This document shows positions 1-13,305 of a stretch of DNA of 64,000 nucleotides, one piece after another. A program made the position numbers and the translations under genes. The stretch lies in the NCBI GenBank assembly GCA_951406725.2, contig OX597817.1:61194001-61258000 (forward strand), given 5' to 3'. The notes under the pieces are model-generated. The model had not been told where the DNA came from and made no database searches. It saw only the letters and a program-made list of their open reading frames with translations. The first letter of the stretch is position 1; each line of letters opens with the position of its first letter. This DNA is from Octopus vulgaris. Its lineage: Eukaryota.

Positions 1-371
1 TTTAATTTGATGAGGTTCCACAAAACTCTTGCCTACCCAGTTTCATTCAGAAGGATTAGGTACCTGTTGCACACTCGAACAAAATGCTTTGCAGTTGCGT
101 CAAAGTGTAGACCACTCTGCGAAGCGAACTTCTTGACTACTCGACAATGTTGTATTTTTTATTTCTACCACGGTCAATATCTCTTTAAGAATATATTTTT
201 ACAAAATGTTTGTTGTTTTTCATATTAAATTAAAAATCATCTCCTTAATGTTTTCCTCATGTGATGTCTTCACATTTTCTCTTTTCAGAACTCTTCAAAT
301 TTATCTTCATAAAAAGAAAACAGGATATTTTTTCGTAAAACAATCCATTTTATATTATATAAAATTACTTC

Positions 372-426
<55 letters not shown>

Positions 427-453
427 TGTATACATATATATACATACATATAT

Positions 454-513
<60 letters not shown>

Positions 514-1140
514 TCTATAAATATATATATAAATTCTATAACGTACGAAACTAGTTACGAGGCTCTAATAACTAAAAACAGTATTTTAAGGGAGTATGAG
601 GAGTAGAACAAGCAGAAGATTGACTAACGTTAATTGAAATTAGTCATACTGGAAGACCTACAAGTATGAACGAGACTGATAATCTATCATTTATATATGA
701 CACTAATGAATTAAGAGATGTTATTTTCGTTGTATTCAGACGAATTGAAGTCCATCCGATTACTAACTCATTAATAATAATAATAACGGTGATGATGATG
801 ATAATGATGTTGGTGTTGATGAGGATGATGATTTATGGCTAACTAAAATAATTTAATGACTTTTAGTATAAAGTTTAACTCAAAACAGAAAATGGTGAAA
901 TTGGTTGGCCCCGAACTGAAAGATATTGTTCAGTTTGTGTAAATGAAAACTCTACACCGCAAGGATAAACATGCCATATTCTATATTTTATATTCTATAT
1001 TCAATATTGCTTAACAAAATCTTTCCAAGCAGCAAATCATGTACGCTAAAATATGCACATTTTTAGGTTACCCTTTTAATGTTTTATCTAAAGAAAAAAA
1101 AATGATGAGTTCGCGGACTTTGCAGGCTAGTTAAGGGAAT

Positions 1141-1532
1141 GGATGGATGGAAGCACTCCGTCGGTTACGACGACGAGGGTTCCGGTTGATCCAAATCAAC
1201 GGAACAGCCTGCTCGTGAAATTCACGTGTAAGTGGCTGAGCACTCCACAGACACGTGTACCCTTAACGTAGTTCTCGGGGATATTCAGCGTGACACAGAG
1301 AGTGACAAGGCCGGCCCCTTGAAATACAGGTACAACAGAAACAGGAAGTAAGAGTGAGAGAAAGTTGTGGTGAAAGAGTACAGCAGGGATCACCACCATC
1401 CCCTGCCGGAGCCTCGTGGAGCTTTAGGTGTTTTCGATCAATAAACACTCACAACGCCCGGTCTGGGAATCGAAACCGCGATCCTATGACCGCGAGTCCG
1501 CTGCCCTAACCACTGGGCCATTGCGCCTCCAC
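1141..1532 (-). mobile_element. tRNA-derived SINE, full length with TSD
   Basis: The minus strand begins with a tRNA-like head (TGGCCCAGTGG A box, GGTTTCGATTCC B box) and ends in a (CCAT)n tail. A 12-bp TSD AGTTAAGGGAAT lies at 1129-1140 and 1533-1544. Confidence 0.9.
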
Positions 1533-2557
1533 AGTTAAGGGAATATACAGGAAACGAACCAGAGATCTCGATACAATATATTCACTTTTAAATTAAAACA
1601 ATTTGTTCTCATAGTCTGTGCGTAGTTAAGAATAATCACAAAATATGAGAATAAACTGATTTTATTTTCAATTTTTTCCTAATCTTTCACTTTGAACATT
1701 TTATATTTGACAAGATGAACGTACATATCGAAGCCAATAACCTTCTATAACAATACTCTTGTGCTTTTCTCCGTCAGAACAGATGAATAAGGAAGGAAGG
1801 AAGGAAGGAAGGAGTGATGGCAAACTGGTAGTGGGATGATGGAAACTCTACGGGGAAAAAAATCAAACAGCGTTTCAACCCTGTGAGTATATGTGTGTAT
1901 GTGTGTGCGTGTACAAGGGAAATATGTGAATGTTTGTATGTATGAACCAGTGTTCTTTCAGTAACAAGCGATGATCGATGTCACATCTCAAAAGACAACC
2001 ACTAAGATAACACGGACAAGAGTATTAATCTGACTTACCATCCATATTCTGTTTTGTTAAATATAATATTATATTATAAATACACGTCTTAAATTAACAG
2101 TTTATACATGTCCTTACATTATCTGTATTAAGAAATTTTCACCCAGTGTTCTTTCGGTAACTATACATAAACTAACCTGGTCCCTAATGCTTAGAAGATA
2201 TCCTAAAGGATGGATATATTCTAAGCATTACCCACTATTCTTGTTTTCTTGGCCCTATGACCGTATATTGCTTGTCTGTTCGTCCACGTCCACCATCCTA
2301 AATCCTACTGTGATGTTTTGCTAGTTTTGTTTGCTCTCGGCCCTGAATTCTCCACCCCCAAAAAAACAATATATATATATATTTGCAGGCACCGCCAACA
2401 TGGAAAGCTGTCAGTCTTATCATTAATGGTGCGAAACTGAGTATTCCCAACTGGTTGATAACTGAGGAAGAATTAGGGACCTTCTGTGTTTGTTTCCTGT
2501 CCAATTGTAAACTCAGTAGAAGTTATGTCGTTCGTTTATTTAGCACACATTTTTTCA

Positions 2558-2644
<87 letters not shown>

Positions 2645-2667
2645 ATCTATATCTATATCTATCTATA

Positions 2668-2712
<45 letters not shown>

Positions 2713-2716
<4 letters not shown>

Positions 2717-2905
2717 AGAGTTCACGAATAAAACAAATGACGGAGACAGGTGGTGTACAAAACAAACAGATGTATTAGTATAACGCTCAGGAATTGAAAA
2801 AGTCTTTTACGTTTCGAGCCTACGCTCTTCTTCAGAAAGGGACACAGAAAAAAAAAAACACGGAAACAAGGAGAGAAAAAAATGTCTGTAGTGGCTACCG
2901 ATCTA
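2713..2905 (-). mobile_element. Penelope-like element 3' terminus with hammerhead motif, flanked by TA-rich microsatellite
   Basis: Contains the hammerhead at 2804-2839. A homologous copy is on the plus strand at 44340-44522. Confidence 0.7.
2804..2839 (-). ncRNA. Minimal type I hammerhead ribozyme motif (C3-G8)
   Basis: Minus strand reads CTTT-CTGAAGA-A-GAGC(GTAG)GCTC-GAAA-C-GTA^AAAG: stem I CTTT/AAAG, 4-bp stem II, GUA triplet. Confidence 0.75.
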
Positions 2906-2911
2906 TCATAT

Positions 2912-2973
<62 letters not shown>

Positions 2974-2975
<2 letters not shown>

Positions 2976-3122
2976 CGGGCTTCTTTCAGTTTCCGTTCAC
3001 CAAATCTACTCACAAGGCTTTGGCAGACCCGAGGCTACAGTAGAAGACAGATGCCCAATTTGCGACGCAGTGGGACTGAAGCAGGAGCGAACTGGTTGAG
3101 AAGCAAACTTCTTACCACGCAG
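2974..3122 (-). mobile_element. tRNA/CORE-type SINE 5' part
   Basis: Homologous to 59785-59948, 18570-18935 and 49500-49830. The minus strand has a TTCAGTCCCACTGCG B-box-like segment followed by a TTGGGCA CORE-like segment. Confidence 0.75.
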
Positions 3123-3253
3123 TCAATGTTGATTTCATTCCTATCAAATATTTTGAATTATGGGTAATTGATACTTTTGATATGTTGATACCTGATGGCT
3201 ATACGAGTGTTTATGTATGCATGTTTGATTGCGCGTGCATTATATGTAGGTGT

Positions 3254-3311
<58 letters not shown>

Positions 3312-3474
3312 GTGTGTGTTTGTGAGCATGTGTGGTTAGGAATGATGTGTTTTACACCAACAGACAAATTACAGCTCAATTTCCCTGCAAATTAATACCC
3401 AAAGTGAGCAAACTCTGCTTAGCCAGCATGATTTTCTCTTTCTCTCCGGCTGTCTGTCTGTCTGTCTCTCCCCC

Positions 3475-3511
<37 letters not shown>

Positions 3512-4114
3512 CCTCTCTCTCTCTTTCTATTGATAAATCACCAGGTGGAAATACTTAAAATCTACTTGCATGATTGCCAGAATATATCCTGAAGTGAAGG
3601 CACGAAAAACACTTGCTGAGCACGGGGCGATCAAAAAGATAACCCACAGCTCCTATGATATGTGCAACGTAATAGAAATTCCGGTGGGATTCCACAAGAT
3701 CTGTGGAATACCGAGGATACTGTTAATTGTCTTTAATTGCTTTTCTAATTCTGAAGTTGATTTGTGGTAAAGATTGAATTCTTGTTGAGTGGGTCACGCA
3801 GAGAATGTTCTTTTCATCTAATCTATTTCGTTGGAAGAAGAGGCCAAAATACTGCCAATCCTTCCAAAAACAACGTTGAAACGTAATGTTTGTTTAGAAA
3901 AATGTTATATGAAGGCGACTCAATAGAACAGGGTGAACATCTTTATCAATTTTTTGTTTTTAAAATGAAAAACCTTGATTTATTTTGGGGTGTAAAATTA
4001 GTTCCTTTCATTTTTCTTCCATTTACTTTAATCCTCACTTTTCAACAACGATTTTAATAAATCCCTCAGTAAAATATTCCCTTTCATTCAATTCTATATT
4101 CAAGAGATGCCCAC

Positions 4115-4185
4115 GGACATATAGCGTATTGGTTAAGAGCGCGGGCTACTAACTCCAAGATTCCGAGTTCAATTCCAGGCAGTGA

Positions 4186-4283
<98 letters not shown>

Positions 4284-4409
4284 TCGCGCACATATGGTTG
4301 TGATGCATGTGCCTGGTGTACCCTTATCAGACGGGTAGTCATGATGGGTATATTGGGCTTCGTATATTTTACCCCAGTGTCACTTTGATGGCATGAACTA
4401 CTCTCTCAC

Positions 4410-4475
<66 letters not shown>

Positions 4476-4625
4476 TCAAAAAATACCTTAGGAATGAGAA
4501 CCCAGGTTCGAAATTTCCCCAAGACAACTGATGAAGGCTGGAGGGTATATCAGCCGAAACGTTGTATTTACAACAAACAAGATGAGGACAAATATCCGTC
4601 ATATGTAAATAATGTAAATTATCTA
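4115..4625 (+). mobile_element. Composite SINE-like element: tRNA head, (TAA)n, then hammerhead-bearing 3' module
   Basis: A box TAGCGTATTGG (4122-4132), B box GAGTTCAATTCC (4165-4176), a TAA run interrupted by a 128-bp insert (4283-4410), then CTGATGA-A-GGCTG...CAGCC-GAAACGTT at 4528-4563. Confidence 0.6.
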
Positions 4626-5250
4626 AATTATGTTCTCCTTCATTGTTCACGGCTTAATGCCATCATTCTGTTCGCTTGTCAATGCCTTGGCCGTAGAAAT
4701 CATTGGGTCTTCATTCGAAGAATTCATGGAGCCATGTTTTCAGCTCCATGTCGTTGTCGAAAGAATCGCCTCACAAACTGTTGGAGCGCAACCGAAAAAG
4801 GGTAATAATCTGAAGGCGCTACATAAGCAGAATACGGAGGGCACGCTGGAACTTCCCGGCTGTGTCTTTCTACGCCATTTTCGGACAAATTAGCAGCATG
4901 AGGGCGAGCTTATGTCATGTTGAAGAAGTACGTCGCATCACCGGTCGGATCTTTCAACTGAGAGCCCATCAGGTGAAGGTGACGGGCTAGGATATCATGA
5001 GAATATCCAATCTGCTGAGCCAATTCCTCAGTAGATTGGCGGCGGGCATCCCTTGAGTAAGCTCATCTAATCGATCCTCATTGATCTGAACAAGTCAGCC
5101 AGAATCTACAACGTTAAGTTTCCCCTCCTTGGAGCGATGTCTCGCGCAGCTTAGGTAGCTTTGGAATCTTGAGTGGAAGCGAAGAGAAACAGATGTCGAA
5201 GATACTTATGTTTCCTCCTTGGCACTCCATCATCATGTCATGTCTGGGAA
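4620..5250 (-). pseudogene. Degraded mariner transposase remnant
   Basis: The minus strand gives LQHD..ARPH-like sequence, PPYSAYVAPSDYYPF (a decayed YSPDLAPSDYHLF) and C-terminal DFYGQGI...VNNEGE, with multiple stops. Confidence 0.75.
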
Positions 5251-5566
5251 AGGTAAAATGTATTCAAATTTCAAAAACGATTAACAGAAGAACAGAGCTA
5301 CAAAGGCATGAACCAGTAGCACTAAAGTGAAACGAATAAAATAAATGAAAAACATGAACAAAATTATATCATTGGGAATCAAACAAGAGTTTCTTGTAAC
5401 CTTTAATGAAATTTAGCAGAGAAGATAAATATAAACTGAAATGAAAATAAAGTCAAGTAAAGAAAGAATTTATTAAAAATATTTTAATTTTAACTTACGA
5501 AAAATATTGTAATACTTTATTTCCCCAATCCCAACGTTTAAAACCAAAAGGCACAGTGAATATTAA

Positions 5567-5666
<100 letters not shown>

Positions 5667-5674
5667 TTTTTTTT

Positions 5675-5903
5675 TTTATTTTATAGAAGGAGCTTCTACA
5701 GGACTAGAACTGTTTCATTCAAATGAAATCATCAGGAAGCTTGGTATCAAGAATCAATTCTTGACACCAAGCATCCTAATGATTTCATTTGAATGAAACA
5801 GTTCTAGTCCTGTAGAAGCTCCTTCTATAAAATAAATTAATTTACTCTGCTATGTATTGAGTACCTTAATTACTGTGGTTAACCCCGACTCAACCCGGGA
5901 CCT
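5675..5903 (+). mobile_element. Fold-back PLE terminus: about 80-bp inverted arms plus one-sided tail, within (TA)n
   Basis: Arms 5675-5754 and 5757-5836 are near-perfect reverse complements. An unpaired tail covers 5837-5903. Each arm holds a hammerhead motif. Confidence 0.75.
5691..5741 (-). ncRNA. Type I hammerhead ribozyme motif with full stem III (C3-G8)
   Basis: Minus strand reads AGCTTC-CTGATGA-T-TTC(ATTT)GAA-T-GAAA-CAG(TTCTAGTC)CTG-TA^GAAGCT: 6-bp stem I, ACAG/CTGT stem III, GUA triplet. Confidence 0.75.
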
Positions 5904-5905
5904 AC

Positions 5906-5945
<40 letters not shown>

Positions 5946-5956
5946 GCATATATAAA

Positions 5957-7212
5957 TTGGGTTGGCAACTAAGTTCCCCCCGTTTTTTAAAAAATTAAAT
6001 TGCTTAAAAGGTTTAATAAGAAATAACAACTAATTAATCAATAATGTATTCACCCTTGTTGTTTACAACTTCTTCCCAATATTCAACAAGATTTTCAATA
6101 CCTCGTTTTGTAGAAATCACCCGATTTCGACTCGAAAAATTGATCCAACCAAGCTCTCAATTCTGCATGAGAATTGAACGAAACTCTGCGCATAACATTT
6201 GAAAGAGATCGAAAGAGGTGGAAATCCGTTGGTGCCAAATCAGGAGAGTACGGCGGATGTGGCAGCACTTCCCAGCCATGCTTTTGAATGGCTTCTTTGG
6301 TCATATTGGTGATATGAGGGCGGGCGTTGTCGTGCAGCAGAAGAACTCTATGCTGACGATTAGGTCTTTTCTCTTGAATAGCCGTGTTGAGTCGTTCCAT
6401 CTGTGGAACATAGAGTTCCGCGTTGACCGTTTGGTTCCGTTCAAGCAATTCGTAATGGATAATCCCTTCCCAGTCCCACTATACGCACAACATCATTTTA
6501 TGCGGATGGAGATCTTGTTTCACGCGCGGTGTCGCTTGTTTACCGGGGCTAAGCCATTCCTTACGCTGCTTCATATTTATGTACAGTCACCATTTTTCGT
6601 CGCCAGTAACGCCAGTAACGATTCGGTAAAGAAATCGTTGCTTGTGTTCATGAGTTGAGCGGTGACGAGCAAGCAAACCAGCGGAGATTGTGAGTCGTCA
6701 CTTAAAGCATTCGGAACCCAAGCTCCATACTTCTGAACCTTTCCCATCGGGTGATGATGCTTCTCTATAGCAGTGTGAGTTCCCTTGTCGTTTGATGAGA
6801 ATTTTCGTGCAAAATTTGGTTTAATCGCTTTTCATCGAACTCAACTGGACGGCCAGAACGAGGTGCATCTTTGAGGTCAAAATTTCCAATTTTGAACTTG
6901 GCATACCAATCACGATCAGTTCTTTCAGCTATAGCACCCTCTCCATACACAGCACAAGTGTCTTGAGCAGCTTTCGCAGCCTTAGAACCTTGAGTAAAAG
7001 CAAAAGGAAAGGAGGTGTAGAAAATGCTCGTTTTTCTTAACTTGACATTCCATTTTAATGATCCGAATTGACTAAAATTGACTAAAATTAACTGGAAAAA
7101 AAAAAGATTTCAAAATGATTCAAAAATAGAATTCTCGAAAGAAATAGATTCCAAAATTTAAAAACGCAATAAATTCTAAAATTTTAAAAACGGCGGGAAC
7201 TTAGTTGCCAAT

Positions 7213-7216
<4 letters not shown>
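5957..7216 (-). mobile_element. Full-length mariner (DD34D) transposon with disrupted transposase
   Basis: TIRs are TTGGGTTGGCAACTAAGTTCCC / GGGAACTTAGTTGCCAATCCTA. ORF pieces include HTH ...PRSGRP, GAWVPN, LLHDNARPH and HPPYSPDLAPTDFHLF. Frameshifts and stops are present; flanks are TA-rich. Confidence 0.95.
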
Positions 7217-7278
<62 letters not shown>

Positions 7279-7351
7279 CATATATATATATGTATATATA
7301 TATATATGTATATATACATATATATATGTATACACATACACACACACATTC

Positions 7352-7602
7352 CAAGGGACATTGTACAGTAATCAGTTCTCGTGACAGAGGGGTCCCGTCA
7401 TTTTGGATCTTTGAATAAGAAGAATTCTTCTTATCTTCTGATTACTCTACAATCTCCCTTGTAAAGCTAATTTAAATAGCGAAAACCGGTTGGATTTCAT
7501 GACATCCATATAATATGCTTATATTTATAAAAAGATATTAAACTATATGAAACGAAGGCATTTCTCTTCCAATTTATATATTTGTTTCCACATATTTTCA
7601 AC
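7352..7602 (+). mobile_element. Decayed fold-back PLE terminus with hammerhead-like motif
   Basis: Inverted repeat 7352-7375 / 7438-7461. TCCC-TTGTAAA-GCTA(ATTTAAA)TAGC-GAAA-ACCGGTT-GGA at 7455-7494. Ends in (TA)n. Confidence 0.5.
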
Positions 7603-7615
7603 TATATATATATAA

Positions 7616-7650
<35 letters not shown>

Positions 7651-7674
7651 CACTCACTCACCCCCCACCCCACC

Positions 7675-7723
<49 letters not shown>

Positions 7724-7744
7724 TCACTCACCCCCCACCCCACC

Positions 7745-7776
<32 letters not shown>

Positions 7777-7794
7777 CATATGTGTGTGTGTGTG

Positions 7795-7836
<42 letters not shown>

Positions 7837-8137
7837 GAGAAAGACAGATAGGCATGTATGTATGCACGCATACATGTGTGCATGCGCGCCGGCGCGCGTG
7901 AATAAATAGATTAAGATCCACTGCGTGTTAGCTGTCAAACTAACAAAGATCTTTTCGCGCCCTTAATCTTGGAAATCTTCTTTTTTTTTTTTATCTTTAT
8001 CTGTCTTATCTTTTATTCAGCGGGTTTCTTACAGAGAATGTCGATAACAAAATAGACTATGACAAGGAAAGAGTCTTTCAAAAAATTGTCTTACAATGAC
8101 TAAAATTCTACCTTGATACTTATCGCACCACTGACCA

Positions 8138-8180
<43 letters not shown>

Positions 8181-8226
8181 ATTATTATTATTATTATTAT
8201 TATTATCATCATCATTATCATCATCA

Positions 8227-8329
<103 letters not shown>

Positions 8330-8711
8330 TATCGTCATCATTCCACCGTTTATGGCCTAACAGCGACCTTATCTTAGTAGGGACTGTTACGCTCTGTTTG
8401 TCATTAAGATTGATTTAATTTATAATCTTTTCTTCTTTGAAGACGACAGATATGCACATACACAATATGTATAAAAATACACACATGCGTACATACATAC
8501 ATACATACATACATACATACGTACACACATACATACACACACACATATGTAATATATATATATAGTACCAGTATTGCTAGAAATAAGAGCCAAAACAACT
8601 CATAGCTACAATAATGCCTGGTCTTATTTGCTAACAATATAATTTTGTTGTTGGTCAGTTGTTGTGTCGCTGTCTTTGCGGTTATCGCTGTATCCGTAAA
8701 AATGGATATGA

Positions 8712-8766
<55 letters not shown>

Positions 8767-8824
8767 TTATCTTTCTATCTATCTATCTATCTATCTACCT
8801 ATCTATCTATCTATCTATCTATAG

Positions 8825-8904
<80 letters not shown>

Positions 8905-9937
8905 CTGTTTCTGTGTGTATATGTGTGTATATGTGTGTGTTTGTGTGTGTGAGAGAGTGGTTTTCAATTATAGAACTCGAAATAGATCTATAAATAACAA
9001 CTAGTAAATACTAAGTCAAAGACCCAGGTCAGTCTTTGACTTTTCCTATCCAAAGCGTTTTTACCCGCAATATTTGCAAGCAATTATTCATAGCTTCATC
9101 TACTTCGAGTTACACCCTTAAAATCGAACTATTTGACCTCTCTCGAAGTTTCTAAATTTTTATGATACAAACAATGTCTTCTCTTTTTATTTTTAATTTG
9201 AGTCAACTCTGACCGGTCTCCGGCTTTGTAGCAAGTGTCTTGGTTTAACCGCCATCCTTTGAACTCTAAGAAAGTTTTGCAGATCGTTATAGTCCCAGAG
9301 ATCGTGATCTTATGTATGTATGGATGTTTGTGCTGTGCTGTGTATGTGTGTGTATAAACAAAACTGAGCTAATTGAAACATCTGAATGTGGTCATGGTAT
9401 GTATTTGAATGTATTTCAACCAATAGCCGTATGTCAATACCGTACAACATAAATTCTTGACATCTTGAAATTATCGCCGCCTCTAGAGAATGTATCACAA
9501 TTGCTAAATGACGATTAAAACCAGATCCAAATGAGAAAGGGAGATAATCTCAAGATTCAACAAATTTCCAAATTTGGCATTCCGTTATGGAAAAGCACTT
9601 TCTTACCGTATGGACACGTGTCTCTTGTTCAATAGCTTTTATCACCACGACAATTGTCCGACCTATTCTGCAGGAACCAAACGACTTCGAATTATACAAA
9701 GCACTAATGGCCGAGGAAATTATGATGAATGGCAGGGGTCATTTACAGAAATTAGAAATTCTTAATTTTTGTATGGCATTTTACATACAGGTATTTGTCT
9801 CTTTTTCTCTGTCTGTCTATCTCACTTTCTCTCCCCCCTTTCTCTCCCCTTATAGTTACGTACACATGTATAAATATATACATACATAGATATACATTCA
9901 TACATACATATATATATATATGTATTTTGTATGTATG

Positions 9938-9978
<41 letters not shown>

Positions 9979-10016
9979 TGAGTGAGAGAGAGATATATAG
10001 ATAGATAGATAGATAT

Positions 10017-10086
<70 letters not shown>

Positions 10087-10361
10087 GTGTGTATATTTCC
10101 CTTGTTTACAATTAACACGGAAAAAATAGATAAATAGTTACCAGGGTAGCAAGAAAATAACACAAGTAAAATGGGCTAAACTCCATGTTTTTAAAGGTAG
10201 AAGCTCCAGGTTTATCGAAACATGAAATCTAGTTGTAAGGATATAAACGATATCAATTTTTATTTATACGCCAACACCGAACAGAGGAAGGGAGATAACC
10301 CTTATTTAAACCCCTTTTTTCATTCTAAAGGTCAATCGATGTCTTTTAAAGATAGTTACAC

Positions 10362-10397
<36 letters not shown>

Positions 10398-10597
10398 GGA
10401 AAAGAATTTGAATAACACCTGCATTTACATGCATACATACATACACGCATGCTTGCATACATACAGACATGTATACATATATACAAAAATACTCACTTGA
10501 TGTTGAAATCCAAACGAAAGAGCATTGGACCTAGGTTAGAAACTGGCGCTTTCTCTTTTGGCAAGAAATCTTGAAATAAAACCGAATAATGACATAA

Positions 10598-11400
10598 TGC
10601 ATACATACATACATACATACATACATACATACATGCATGCATACATGCATACATACATGCATACATGCATACATACATGCATACATGCATACATACATAC
10701 ATGCATGCATACATACATACGTACATACATACATACGTGCATACATACATACGTACATACGTACATACTTACATACGTACATACATATATACATACGTAC
10801 ATACGTACAGACGTACATACATGCATACATACATACATACATACATACATACATACGTACATACATACATACATACATATATACATGCATACATACATAC
10901 ATACATACATACATACATACACACATATATACATATATACATACATACGTACGTACATACATACATACATACATACATACACACATATATACATACATAC
11001 ATGAATGCATACATGCATACATACATGCATACATGCATACATACATGCATACATGCATACATACATACATGCATGCATGCATACATACATACATACGCAC
11101 ATACATACATACATACATACGTACATACATACATACGTACATACGTACATACATACATACGTACATACATATATACATACGTACATACGTACATACGTAC
11201 ATACATGCATACATACATACATACATACATATATACATGCATACATACATACATACATGCATACATACATATATACATACATACGTACATACATACATAC
11301 ATACATACATACATACATACACACATATATACATACATACATACATACATACATGCATACATACATACATGCATACATACATAATACATACATACATACA

Positions 11401-11430
<30 letters not shown>
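10598..11430. repeat. Compound (TACA)n microsatellite with internal higher-order duplication
   Basis: TACA/TGCA/CGTA variant units, with variant blocks repeated. Source of the spurious YVCM/HTYI ORFs. Confidence 0.95.
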
Positions 11431-11433
<3 letters not shown>

Positions 11434-11863
11434 CTTGCTCGGTACAAAGATGCGACATATTTGTTTTACTTTTCGAGAGTAGAGCAAGCATCCAGCAAGA
11501 GATATTTTACTCAGAAATAAAAAGCTAAAAAAGAAAAAGAACCTATTTGATTTGCCATCGTACAAAATGTTGCATAAACCTCCGGTTACCTTATCTTAAG
11601 ACGTATTTTTGTTTGTAAATAATGCAGGAAACTTCATTACACTGAAAAAAGTATTCTGCGGAAGTTGTTTCATATTTTAGTTTATTTTCCATTTATTTTT
11701 CATGGCAACTCGTAACACGTAAGTTATCACTGCAAGACTTTTGTCTGAAAGTAGGACAGTGTCTATGTATGCACGGACGGACACACATATATATCGCCAC
11801 ACAGATACACACACATATGTGTATGTCTGTATATGTAACTATATATTTACATAAGTTTAGGTT

Positions 11864-11894
<31 letters not shown>

Positions 11895-12469
11895 GTGTGT
11901 GTGTGCCTGTATGTATATACATGTTTGTGTGTGTATCTATTTATGTGTATATTGTGAGGGAGAGGGAGTTTTGCTCTAGATTTGATGAGCAGGTTCGTCA
12001 GTTCGTCAGTATTAATTGATTTGTTTCTCCGCCAGATGGCAATAAAGTGAGCCATTAAATCCCGACGACAAAGAACCAAGCTAAACAACGAAGCATCAAC
12101 CATTGATAATTGCACTAATTCTTGCGTCCATTCCAAAGAATAAAAACGAAAATATGCTGAATGAAAAATACACTAAATGAAAAAAAAAAAAAAAAAGCAA
12201 CCGAGGGAATATGCAGAGAATAAATAAACAGTAACAAAAATGTTTTAGTCTATTGCTTTGGCATATTTTTGTTTTGTGAAACAGAGTTTACAGCTGTTGT
12301 CACCCTACTGAGAGGATTATCTCCAATAAGCAGGCTAATCTCTCACGTAACAACGCAGTCAAATCATATAATATTGGTTGCGCGGGCAACCAATAATGCT
12401 ATGTAATACTATTCTTCGTATTCCCTTTGGTTTTCTTTTACTTCTTCTCCACAACAACAACAACTACTG

Positions 12470-12577
<108 letters not shown>

Positions 12578-13271
12578 ATGTGGTGAGTTGTTGGTGGTGG
12601 TGGGGTTTGCTTATCGTATTTTCTTTATGTTTTATGGGCCAGAAGCTACCAAACCCGCTTAAGATTATTTGCCGTTTTTTTTCTTTCATTTTCGTATTTG
12701 TATTTTTCTCCTTCCAAAAGTTTTCTTTCATCTTTTTTCTTCATTTCGCTCATTTATAATTCTTGTGTTCTTCTTCTCTCTTTATAGTACGTGTTTCTAA
12801 TCGCGATATTTCTTGCATCAAATGTTGCTAGTTATCCAAGTAAGTTCATTAACATCCGAATGTGGCCGTATTTAACTCTTATATCTGTCGGAAATCTTTT
12901 CATGTGTCTGTCCAAAACATCGATGTATCCAGACTCCTATTTAGCGCTTGTCTCATACGATCTGAGTACTATAAATCTTTCTTTTCATAGCGGTAATAAT
13001 GTTTCCCCACTTGCACGTAGATGTTCTGTTAGAACAATCTATACTGCGGTAGATACCACGAGAGAAACTCTCATATAGGCTTTTGCTGCAAAATGCACCC
13101 TCTTATTATATCGCTAACGGGGAGGTAAATCCCCGCCATCTCCAGCGCCGAGACCATCGAGTCACATAATTTCAACTTTCCTTGGGTTCATTAATGATGT
13201 GTGCTCAACCGCTAGATATAGCAGCGACTCATTTCCCTGCCATTGAAATCACGATTAGCCAGTGAGCTTGT

Positions 13272-13305
<34 letters not shown>

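Noticed and set aside
1455-1532. tRNA-like sequence (also 4115-4190 and 54835-54908)
   Set aside because: These are SINE heads continuous with SINE bodies; no clean acceptor stem was seen, so they are not called tRNA genes.
1750-2050. Similarity to 58030-58190 (and 10500-10595 to 41700-41795)
   Set aside because: Old dispersed repeat fragments without diagnostic ends; they could not be classified.
9574-9765. HHDNCPTYSA resembling the mariner HHDNAPAH motif
   Set aside because: A single weak motif with no TIRs or YSPDLAP, so it cannot be supported.
10493-11565. Long ORFs (up to 344 aa) of YVCM/HTYI repeats; similar ORFs at 15345, 24491, 51064 and 53110
   Set aside because: They are stop-free translations of TACA, CA, TA and GAGT microsatellites, open in several frames on both strands.
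12372-12396. Palindrome ATTGGTTGC-GCGG-GCAACCAAT as a double CCAAT promoter
   Set aside because: It is equally consistent with the subterminal hairpin of a Helentron-type repeat, and there is no supporting promoter context.
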